Translations under genes and position numbers: made by a program
NCBI RefSeq assembly: GCF_009914755.1
Contig: NC_060930.1
Direction: 5' to 3' (one strand)
Source of the DNA: the human T2T-CHM13v2.0 reference genome, Homo sapiens
DNA length: 64,000 nucleotides
Shown here: in pieces, positions 28,552-39,501 of the stretch
Layout: each line of letters opens with the position of its first letter
Numbering within the stretch: position 1 is the first letter of the stretch
Notes under the pieces: model-generated
Databases searched by the model: none
Seen by the model: only the letters and a program-made list of their open reading frames with translations
Told to the model about the DNA's origin: nothing

Positions 28552-29102
28552 TACAGCTGGAAAGGAGTCCGGATCCAGACCCCAATAGAGGGTTCTAGGA
28601 TCTCACACAAGAAAGAATTCGAGGTGAGTCAATACAGTAAAGTGAAAGCAAGTTTATTAAGAAAGTAAAGGAATAAAGAATGCCTATTCCATAGGCAGAG
28701 CAGCCCTGAGGGCTGCTGGTTGCCCATTTTTATGGTTATCTCTTGATTATATGCTAAACAAAGGGTGGATTACTCATGCCTTCCCTTTTTAGACCATATA
28801 GGGTAACTTCCTGTCATTGCCATGGCATTTGTAAACTGTCATGGTGCTGGTGGGAGTGTAGCAGGGAGGACAACCAGAGGTCACTCTCGTTGCCATCTTG
28901 GTTTTGGCGGGTTTTAGCCAGCTTCTTTACTGCAACCTGTTTTATCAGCAAGGTCTTTATGACCTGTATCTCAAGCTGACCTCCTATCTTGTCCTGTGAC
29001 TTAGAATGCCTAACCTCTTGGGAATGCAGCCAGTAAGTCTCAGCCTCATTTTACCCAGCCCCCATTCAAGATGGAGACATTCTGGTTCAAATGCCTCTGA
29101 CA
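28552..29102 (-). mobile_element. MER41A-type ERV1 solo LTR nested in LTR8
   Basis: Minus strand begins tgtcagaggcatttgaaccag (MER41 5' end); lacks the tandem GAS block of MER41B. Confidence 0.88.
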
Positions 29103-29199
29103 CTATGCTGTTTATGCAGTGGGCAGGAAGAACCTCTTCAGCAGTACAAAAACATGCCACAGAAATGAATAAGGAGAGAAGGAAACACAGCATGATAGT

Positions 29200-30000
29200 A
29201 ACACTACAAATATTATATATGTTTATAATATTTTATATACAGCTTAAAACAACATTTATAAAACTAGAGCTGAAAAATAAGATGATATAATTGAGAAGAA
29301 AAACTTTACGGATCATAGGAAACATTGAACACAGTTTTACAAAGTTAATAAATGTATTAAAAACGGAGAAGAACAGATAGACACAACTAAAAATTGAATT
29401 CCTAGTGTGGACAAAAGCCATGAGAGAAAAGCACATCATGATTATAAAGTCAAGGAAAATTATGAAAGCGATTAGTAAAAAATGATAGTTCTGGGACTAG
29501 AGAGTCAACATAAAGACAATAGTTATATCTGAAGCAGAGAAACAAATAGAACAAAGAAAAGATTTTTTAAAAAGTAATCTGGGGAAATTTTCCTGAAATC
29601 AAAACAGACACACTGAATATACAGATTGAATATACAGATTGAAAAAAACTGAATATACAGATTGAAAAAAACACTGTGCACTGTATTTTGAGAAAAACAA
29701 TAGCCAGATTAAATTATTAAAAATCAAGGATGAAGTAAACATTCTTTAGACATACAGGAAGAAAAAATAATTTACTAACATAAGTGAAACATCAGGCTGG
29801 CCTTAGACTTCACAGCAATATTTGGTGGAAATTTCAAAGTTCTAAGAGAAAGGAAAGGTGATCCAAGATTATTATAGACAGTCAACCTTTCATTAAACCA
29901 AAAGACAATAGACTTTCTCAAACATGAAAGAGTTCCAGAAATATGATAGCTATGAGTTCTTTGTAAAAACAAAAACAAAACAAATCAAGCAAAAACATAA
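29200..30000 (+). mobile_element. Old L1M ORF1-region fragment
   Basis: Degraded A-rich text (aaattttcctgaaat...atacagattgaa; catcaggctggccttagacttcacagcaa). Confidence 0.5.
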
Positions 30001-30392
30001 TGAACAAAAACCCCCAAACCCATTGCCTTTACATTGTAATGTCAGTGATGGTCAATATGTGGAGGTGTGACAATATCTCCAGTTGTCTGAATGATCAGAC
30101 AACTGGGGTAGCTTTGGGTGACAACAAAGAAGAGATAATGTAACCAACAAGGCCAGTCACCCTGCGCATCCAGCCTTGGGAGCCAGCTCCTAATTCTCTA
30201 CCTCTGGCAGCAGTGGGAAGGGAGCACCAGAAAAACTGAACCGACCAGAGGGCAACATAGTGAAAAGTTACTCATCGTGAGACATAAGAAATACTAATTA
30301 TCCTAAAACTACAGCTCTATGAGCTACTTACCTCTTTGGCAAAAGAAAACATCTGCAGTTTACAGTAGAAAAGCCACAGAGGTAAAATGACC

Positions 30393-30698
<306 letters not shown>

Positions 30699-30777
30699 CT
30701 AGAAAGCAAATAAATGCAGAGAGAATGTATAACCCCCTATTGTACATATATGACATCCTATGTATAACAAATATGTG

Positions 30778-31231
30778 CAGTTGGCCCTTGAACAATTCAG
30801 GGGTAGGGTTGCTAACCCCAAACACAGCTGAAGATTCACATATAACTTTCGCCTCCCCCAGAACTTAACTACTAATAGCCTACTGTTGACTGGAAGGCTT
30901 ACCAACAACATAAACAGTCAATTAACATGTTTTGTATGTTATATGTATTATATTCTGTATTCTTACAATAAAGTAAGGTACGGAAAAGAAAATGTTATTT
31001 AGAAAATCATAAAGAAAAGAAAATATATTGACTATTGAGTTTGAAGTGGATCTTCATAAAGATCTTCATCCTCAGCATCTTGATATTGAGTAGCATGAGG
31101 AGGGGGAGTAAGGGCCTTCCCTTACTTGTTGTCTTCCCTGGCCTTGTTATCTCAGGAGTAGCACAGGTGAAAATAAATGTACATATAAGTGGACTCGCCC
31201 AGTTCAATCCATGTTGTTCAAGGATCAACTA
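30778..31231. mobile_element. Tigger2a-like DNA transposon
   Basis: TIRs cagttggcccttgaacaa / ttgttcaaggatcaacta; internal aacttaactactaatagcctactgttgac. Confidence 0.85.
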
Positions 31232-31356
31232 TATATGTGTACTTATGCACACAAATACATATTGCAATGAATGTGTACAAGTTCTTTGACTTGTCTTCAA
31301 ATTATCAAAATCCATATGGCCAAAGAGAAGGCCAGCCATTTCCTCTACTAATAAGA

Positions 31357-31375
31357 AAACAACAACAACAACAAC

Positions 31376-31405
<30 letters not shown>
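31357..31405. repeat. Compound (AAC)n(AC)n microsatellite
   Basis: Direct reading. Confidence 0.97.
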
Positions 31406-31406
<1 letters not shown>

Positions 31407-31621
31407 GGTAAGTTATTAAGGAGAAGCTATCTATCTGCTTGGTCTGTCACCATGCAGCTTCTGATGAGAATTTACCTGGTTCTGTAAACCTGAAGTGAGC
31501 AGCAGAGCCAAGGCCCCCTCTGTTGATGTCTGTTTTCTTGGCCTCTGAGCAAACATAAGATTCCAATGGGATATTTTCCCAAGTTGGAAGGACCATAAAA
31601 ATCATGCCTCCTCCCTTGCAG

Positions 31622-32180
31622 ACTTTGGAGAAGGCTCTTTCCAAGCCCGTCCATGTAGGAGGTTGTGCAGTGGTGTCTCAAGAGAAATGGCAGGTGCAGC
31701 AGGTTTTGCAGGAGGCAACAGTCAAGAAATACAGTCACACAGTTTTAGGAGGTGGCTCTTAACAGCGTTAGCATTAAACACATAAAAAATTCACTTTGTT
31801 TTAAGGATGTGTGTTCAAAGGTAAGAAAATGTGGAAAGACCATTGGCGACCAGAGATCATTTGGTCCCATCAACCTGTGCAATCTTCGCATCTGGAGAAA
31901 GCCAGATGGGCTGTGAGAAAACCTGCACATTCATTCCACCTTCCCCCAGAATGACTTATATGTCTCTTCCAGGTGTGTATCCACAGGTGCTTGCCAATAA
32001 CAAAAGGTATCTAAGTCAATGGTCTCCAAAATGGGGCTTCAACTCTCCAGGAAATGTGCGTAACAAAACAAAGAAGGGCAGCAAGAAAATAACAGATTAA
32101 CTGTGTGCATTTGTTTTTTAAATATCCTGTTTCTGTGACATTTATAAATGTATAAATAAATTTTTTTTTTTTGCCTGGGG
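31622..32180 (+). ncRNA. Putative internal and terminal exons of a spliced non-coding transcript (motif prediction)
   Basis: Upstream donor CAAG|GTAAGT 31407/8; acceptor cctcctcccttgcag| 31621; donor AAAG|GTAAGA 31820/1; acceptor tgtctcttccag| 31972; AATAAA 32155-32160. Confidence 0.3.
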
Positions 32181-32196
32181 TCAGGCACTCCAAAAC

Positions 32197-32677
32197 TGTA
32201 GCAGGACAAGCTTCAGACAAAACCCCTCAGACACCGAGTTAAAGAAGGAAGGGCTTTATTCAGTCGGGGGCTTGGGCAAGACTCACATCTCCAACAACTG
32301 AGCTCCCCACGTGAGCAATTCCTGTCCCTTTTAAGGGCTCACAACTCTAAGGGGGTCCGCGTGAGAGGGTTGTGATCGTGAGAGGGTCGTGATTGATTGA
32401 GCAAGCAGGGGGTCCGTGACTGGGGGCTGCATGCACCGGTAAATTAGAAGGAAACAGAACAGGACAGGGATTTTCACAGCGCTTTTCTATACAATGTCTG
32501 GAATCTATAGATAACATAACTGATTAGGTCAGGGAGTGATCTTTAACTACCAGGCCCAGGGTTTGGCGCCGGGCTGTCTGCTTGAGGATTTCATTTCTGC
32601 CTTTTAGTTTTTACTTCTTCTTTCTTTGGAGGCAGAAATTGGGCATAAGACAATATGAGGGGTGGTCTCCTCCCGTA
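32197..32677 (-). mobile_element. LTR2-family (HERV-E/Harlequin) solo LTR
   Basis: Minus strand begins tacgggaggagaccacccctcatattgtcttatgccc and ends ...tcctgctaca; perfect 4-bp TSD aaac. Confidence 0.88.
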
Positions 32678-33247
32678 AAACTATTTATCAAAGGTGAATG
32701 ATAAAAAGGATAAGCACTACTGACTCTAAAGCCATTCAGATTCAAAAACCTGACCACATTCAACTTATTTCTGCTGTGAGACTCCTGCACTTTGGGGGTT
32801 CCCAGGCCTTCCACGTGACCCCCGCCCCCCACCCCAGCACACCTCCCAGATGCATCCTGTGCACAGTGGATGAGGCTCTGAGGAGCAGAAGCAGCTTGAA
32901 AGCATTGGCACAGCCTTATGGTCTCAGGACTGTTCAATTATTAGCAAGGAGGGATTGTGGATTTAAATTAGAATGAAACTGATGCCCTAAATATTGTTAA
33001 TTAAAATGGTATCTTATTTTTCCCTAGCGTGATCTCTATTTGCCACTTAGTTTTAATAAAATAAAAACATTTCATAGAATTTGTCAACCCATAGCAAACA
33101 TTTTAAAAAGTAGAAAAAAGTTAAAAAGCCTCACTTCCTGAAGACTGTTTATTACTGACAAATGACTTCACTCAGAGCTTATGCTTAACTTTGATTGTAG
33201 TGTGCTTAGTTTTAAAAAAATTTATTAAAACTTTCCTTGCTGCCAAT

Positions 33248-33651
33248 TGTTGCAGCCTGAATTTTATCTCCTCCAAAATGCATATGTTGAAGTCCTAACT
33301 CCCATTATCTCGGAATGACTGTACTTGGGGATATGCTCCTTAAAGAGGAAATTAAAGTTAAATAAGATTACTGGAGTGGGCCCTAATCCAATACGACTGG
33401 TGTCCTTATAAGAAGAGGATGTAATGACATAGGCAAGTGTAGTGGGAAGACCATGTAAGGAGAAGACAACCACCTACAAACCAAGGGGAGAGGCCTTAGA
33501 AAAACCAAACCTGATGACACTTTGGTCTCAAACTTCTGGCCTCCAGAACTTGAGACAATATATTTCTGTCGTTTAAGCTGACAATATATTTCTGTTGTTT
33601 AAGCCATCCATTCAGTGGCACTTTGTTACAGCAGCCCTTGCAAATGAATAT
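33248..33651 (+). mobile_element. MLT1B-like MaLR LTR
   Basis: atatgttgaagtcctaac...gtgggccctaatccaatacgactggtgtccttataagaagagg...ttgttacagcagccc. Confidence 0.85.
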
Positions 33652-34267
33652 ACCAATCAAGAAACAAGTAAATTTTAGGGACACTATTTCCCCTCTTACT
33701 GCATGAACTTTCATCACTATCAGAGCTCAGTGGTCCATAGATTACATCTACAAAAGGTTTCTCTCCATCAGCATTTAACATATGACTTAAAATAGATGAT
33801 TCAACACATTCGTAAATATGGAACATGTTATTAGTTGAAAACTTTTATTTATCAAATTATAATTTCTTGTTCTAGTAATTCACTCCTTATCATGAATATC
33901 ATCTTCCTCTTAAAACAATTCTGGACAGATTCTTTTTGCTACAGTGAAAATGTTCAAATATGAATTACATCATTGAAAGAAAATATCTCACTATATATTA
34001 GGGTATAAAACAGCCAAGGATTGACTTGATGTCCTGATGAAGAAGGAAATTAGTTGATTCACATAATTAGACGTCCAGGATTAGGATATTCGACAGAGTG
34101 GATGTAACTTAGTGGCTCTGTTTCTCCATAGTTTCTCTGACTTTGCAACTCCAGGTACAGATTTCCTTCTGGAGAGAGAAGCCCGATGACTGCAGCATTT
34201 CCAGGGTTCACATCTATTCACTGCCACACAGGGGCTTCAATAGGCTCTCTGTGGAAGAGTGAGAAAG

Positions 34268-34657
34268 AACTAAATGTCCATCGGTGGTAGACTGAATAAA
34301 GAAAATGTAGTGCATATACACCCTGGAATACTATGCAGCCATAAAAAAGAATGAGATTATGTCATTGGCAGGAACATGAATGGGGCTGGAGGCCATTATC
34401 CTTAGCAAACTAATGCAGATACAGAAGACCAAATACCACATGTTCTCACTTATAAGTGGGAGCTAAATGATGAGAACACATGGACACATAGAAGGGAACA
34501 ACACACACTGGGGCCTATTGGAGGGTGGAGGGTGGCAGGAGGGAGAGGATCAGGAAAACTAACTAATGGGTACTAGGCTGAATTCCTGGGTGATGAAATA
34601 TTCTGTACAACAAACCCCCATGATACAAGTTTACCTATGTAACAAACCTGCACACGT
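34268..34657 (+). mobile_element. L1PA13-16-like 3' end fragment
   Basis: ggaatactatgcagccataaaaaagaatgagat...gggtactaggct...tgtacaacaaacccccatgatacaagtttacctatgtaacaaacctgcac. Confidence 0.88.
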
Positions 34658-34974
34658 TTTAGTAAAGAATATCCAAGTGTACTGTTTTTATTTTACAACT
34701 TTTTATAAGTTTGAATTAAAAAAAAAAACTTTTCTAGTCATGACAAATATCACATCACATCTCGATGTGTAAGGCACATGCCTGATCTGGAGACTATAAT
34801 GGGAAATCAATTACTCTTAGATTAAGTTCTTTCCAGAGGATAAAGTGAGCCTTCTCTGAGGAGGCTTAAGATGAGATATAGTGAAAGTCCAAGACAATCG
34901 AGGCTCTGTTATGGAGGAGGAGGAAGGAAAATGCGATAGGGTTGGCAAATTTCTTTGCTCCACACCAGATCATT

Positions 34975-35230
34975 TCTCCGTGGCACAGGTCAGCGGTGAG
35001 AACTCAACCCTTGGAGCTACACTGGCTGGATTTAAATCTCAACTCTTCCCCTTATTAGTGATGAGAACTCTGGCAAGCTGCTTAAACTCTGTATAGCTCC
35101 TTTTCTGATTCGTGGGGGGAAAAAAGTAAGATGAACAATACTGCCTACCTAATAAGATCGTGGGAGGACTGAATCAGTTATTATATGTAAAGTATTTAGA
35201 ACAGGGATTAACACATAATAAACAATTGTC
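34975..35230 (+). mobile_element. MIR SINE (other MIR-like relics at ~8640-8790, 10170-10370, 37160-37340, 46590-46740, 55760-55970)
   Basis: ggatttaaatctcaactct...ctggcaagctgcttaaactctg...tatatgtaaagtatttagaacag. Confidence 0.65.
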
Positions 35231-37861
35231 TCCTCAGATATAAAATTCAAATGTAATCATGTTCCATTAAAAACATGAACACCTGGAGATTCTTATGTCC
35301 TCCAGTGATCACCAAAAGAATTACTATTTAATTTCTTGAAGAAATATTTAAGTCCAAGTAAACCCATTTCCCCATTCAGTCATTTTATGAGTTTTTATAA
35401 TCAGAAAGGGCTGATCACATGAGCAGAACCCTAAAGGCATCACTACAAAAGTGACATAATTACCTTATTATGACAATCCCCCAAACAGGGAATTGACCAG
35501 GGAAATGACCTCAGTGTTAGTCCGTGATGCCTTCACTTGGGAACTGCCTGAGTGTCTAGCTGCAATCCTACCACAGTTGGTAGTAAGGGAGTAGGGGTTG
35601 TCAGAAGAATACCAAGTGTCTCAACTCTGTCTAATAGAGGTACCCTTCAATTGCACAGTGGCAACTTTTTTAAAGCAGGGAAACACTGTATTTCCAATAT
35701 AAAACCCTACATACGATGCACCACAGATGAAACAAATATGAATGAGGTTTCTCTGGTAAAGCGGGGAGTGGAAGATCCCAGCATTCTTCTAACCCCCCTA
35801 ATCCTGCACAGAGCTGGAGAAGTGGCTCCAATCTTAAACACAAGCAAGCAAACAAACAAATAAAATGCAGAGAATCCTAACCCGGATGAACAGATTATTT
35901 TATTAAGGTTTGGAGCTATATCTTGTGGATGGCAGCAAGTACTCTGTTGTGTCTTTGCTACACTGGCCCTGCTGATTCTTGCTGTGTGCTTGGAATCTGA
36001 ATGCTACCAAGAGTTGGCTGTAGGTTCTTATGAAGGTCTAAACCATTATCAGGTTGCTTAGGGGCAGTGTTGAAGGCTGATGTTTCAGGAACCAGAGATC
36101 TTCTTGAAAGAGTCATAAAGGGACAGAGACCAGGAGTAAAAAGACCACGGTTGGGATAAGGAAAATTCAGCACCTGAATTGATCACATCAGGCAGACTAA
36201 ACTCACAATTCCAATTTGGCCTATCACTAAAGTGAGCTATAATTTATTGCACAATTGAGGATGCTTTAGAGATTGAAAGGAGTTTAATTACTAATTATGC
36301 CAGGACACAGTGTAGCTTGTGGATTCCTGTCCGTTATCACCCCCTACTCCAAGCACACCCTCCTGCACGCCCACATATTCCCATTCATGACTCCGCTGAT
36401 TTTTTCCCTTGGTCTGAACAACTTTGCATCCTCTTACATCAATATTGAAATCGGGCCCTGTACTGCTAAAATGTTCATATCTTCTTATAGGTAACACTAT
36501 GGTGAGTTGTCAAGACTTTCTAAATGAATCACAGACCAAAAGGCTTTCTCTTAGCAACAAAAATGCTGATCAGACAATGCATTCAATGATAGCTATAAAA
36601 TGCTTCATAGAATGAAGACACTCTGAGGTCAAATGGAAATTTTGTTGTGCAGAATAAACCCTTGGAAATCTCTGCACTGAGATTCAGACTTTTTGAGAAA
36701 GGCGACTGGGATGTTGGCCCATCTATTAAACTCATACAATTATACCCAAGCTTCTTTGGCTCAGTGGTCTCTGAAATGCATGGCTTTGTTGATTGCTTTT
36801 CAGAAACTTTTGACACTTATTTAGTTATATAATAAGTGTGATTTCTTTTTAAACTTTTTTGTATTGCTTCCAAGAAACACTTTCAATTCTTTTTCCCAAT
36901 GAGCAACAAAAGCCCATCTCTTGAGAGCTCTCATTTTACCTTCTCTATTATTTGCTGCCTAAAATCTCAGATTTAGGTGGAGCAAAACCACCATCGGTTT
37001 GTAGGATTTATAATTTCAAGTTTCAGTGCTCTTTTTGCTATCATTATAAGAAAATATAATTTAATTATTTTATCTAGGGTAAATTGAAAATTATTTCATA
37101 CAAGTAATTATTCCCTCATTTTAATAAACCTTGCATTTCACAATGGATTTTTGCATGTGTCAATTTACTTAATTTTTATAACAAACCCATGATATGGGTT
37201 GCTATTATGCCATCTTAAGGCTGAAAAAAAACAAAGGTCAGATAGTTTGAGCAGCTTTCCCCAGATCACACAGTCTGGAAATGTCCGAGCTGAACTTGAA
37301 CACAGTGGACTTGGATCCATTCCATTTCTCAAGACATCACCATTCACTCCTCACTCTTCCTCTCATGATAAATTACAACACCTGAATTCTGAATGAGCCC
37401 ATCTACTTTGACTCACACGTGGAAATATCTTCTAATCTCTGAATTGTACTCAAACTACAACCCATTATCTTCTCCCCAGTTCCTTCTGTCTCTTCTTTCC
37501 TTTGAATTATATAATTTTTTCTTGCACCCTCATGGCTATTCCTGCTTTCCATCCCATCTTCACAGTTATAAAAGGGAGTTGCCTCTGGATCTCATCAAAT
37601 AGAGCATTGGACTTATTTTAAGAAGTTTCAGCCTAGAATGCACATTTTCTAGTTTTGGAAAGCACTTATGGAAAATTAAACAATCTCAGAAAATCTGTTT
37701 AAAGAGAAAACTCTTTGTTCTTTCTTCTGTCTAACCCCTTCCTCTAAAACTCCTTTTCTAAAGAAAACTAACAGACTCAAAATTCCTTGCATAAAGGTTT
37801 GTTTGATTATTTTTCTCCAAAATAAAGGACACAGTATAGTGATATAGTGATCTTCAGCCAT

Positions 37862-38008
37862 CTACATTAATGCAGCCAATTTATAGTACTATTAACCTTG
37901 ATGTCTTAGTGTTAGCAAAGCTTAACCTACATTAATGTAGCCAATTTGTATTATTAACCTACATTAATGAAACCAATTTATGGTATTGTTAACTTTGATA
38001 TCTTAGTG
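37862..38008. repeat. Local imperfect triplication
   Basis: ctacattaatg..ccaattt at 37862, 37927 and 37959; copies 1 and 3 align over ~50 bp. Confidence 0.85.
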
Positions 38009-38172
38009 ATTTCAAACAGATGACCTGCATCAGAATTGCCTGGAGTGTTTGCTTAAAGTGCAATTCTTGGGCTCAATTCAAGATTTACCAAATCCAAATA
38101 TCAAGGAGAGGAGCTATAAAATCTGCAATTTAAAGAAAGGTGATTCTCAGGTCAAAGTCTGAGAAACGCTGT
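38007..38172. mobile_element. MER5A-like MITE
   Basis: gcatcagaattgcctggag...ggtgattctc...aagtctgagaaacgctg. Confidence 0.65.
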
Positions 38173-39147
38173 CTAGGAAGCCAAGGCCACCAGAGTACAC
38201 AGTGCTACCACCACAGAGTTCTCCCAGAGCTTGGAATTCATGGTACTTTCATGAGTTTAATGGACGGTCCAACATCCCAGTCACCTTCCCAGTCCATTAA
38301 ACTCATTATGACTCGAGGGACCTCAGTGGGATTATAGTTCAAATCCAATATGCAGATGAGAAAACTGAAGCCCAGGGAACATAAGAAATTAGGGAAAATT
38401 TCTTTCTAATATTATTCACAGTACCAAACAAAACAATTTCTGTGAGGCATAGGCACTCCTCCAAGGAGGACTGACCCCATGTCTCTTATTATTATTCATA
38501 ACTTATACCTTTACAAGTGCTGAGTTTAGATGCGGTGATTAGTTGACATAATTTTATATCTCCTAGATACTTACTCAAACATTTGTTAACATTGATTAAT
38601 TTGATTTAGCAATTGTCCTTCCAAATATGAAGTCTGTCTTATGTGTCCCATGGATTAAAGATTCCTGGCATCTAATGTGACCTTGGAGAACAATGATTTA
38701 GTACAGAATAACTGGTTGTCAGGCAGTGTCTTACAGATCTCAAATCTCAATTTTCAGTTCTCAAATTTTCAGTTTCAGAAATGGCTTAATTCATTGACCC
38801 AAAAGTCATCAGGCAAGCACATTGACAAAGACAGTGGTAAAGTGGAAACATAGTAGATAATTTGCAATGAAAAAACAAAATAGTCAATAATTCCCAATAT
38901 TTATGTCATCAGTGTAGCACATAATCATCTCTGGAGAGAAAATGACTTCCTTAAATTAAGTTGGGAAGTCAGCCTAGTGATTATACATCTGAAAATGAAA
39001 AAGATTTCTTCTTTGGATATTTCCTTGCCAGGGAGCGTCTGGCTGTTTTGAATGGATATTTGTGTTTGTAATCCAGGACAGGGTTTTCTAATATTTGATG
39101 GGATTGCTGGGTTGTATAATAGTATTTTCAATTTTGTAAAAACCTGT

Positions 39148-39500
39148 TGTTATGGGCTGAATGTTTTTTTGATGGTTAATTTATGTGTCAACTTGACTGT
39201 GGTCTGTGTCTCTGGAGAATTCTGACTAATAAAATTTGCATCTCCCCAAGATTCATGTGTTGAAATCTGATCCTTCATGTGTTGGTATTTGGAGGTGGGG
39301 CCTTTGGGAGGTGATTAGGTTATGAGGGCGAAGCTTTTGTAAATGGAATTAGTGCTGTTATAAGAAGAGATGCAAGAGAGCTTGCTTCCTTTCTCTCTCT
39401 GTTCTGCACAACATGAGGATACAAGAGAAGACAGCTATCTGCAAATCAGGAAGCAGGACCTAAGGAGACAGTGAATCTGCCAGGACCTTCATCATGGACC
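39148..39500 (+). mobile_element. MLT1A0-like LTR, 3'-truncated, containing a mini-MLT2 at ~39168-39233
   Basis: tgttatgggctgaatg start; ggtatttggaggtggggcctttgggaggtgattagg; stops at atggacct where the L1 begins. Confidence 0.8.
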
Positions 39501-39501
39501 T

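Larger units (their letters stand above)
27290..29148 (+). mobile_element. LTR8-family ERV1 LTR split into three pieces (27290-27435, 28049-~28552, 29103-29148)
   Basis: tgaaaccacccttgcaaaa start; text resumes after each insert; ends gggcaggaagaacctcttcagcagtaca. Confidence 0.78.

Noticed and set aside
29612-29672. Short tandem duplications (also 4634-4680, 6468-6510, 7426-7464, 15001-15040, 21572-21604, 33554-33605)
   Set aside because: Ordinary slippage duplications, mostly inside repeats; no shared motif or periodic system
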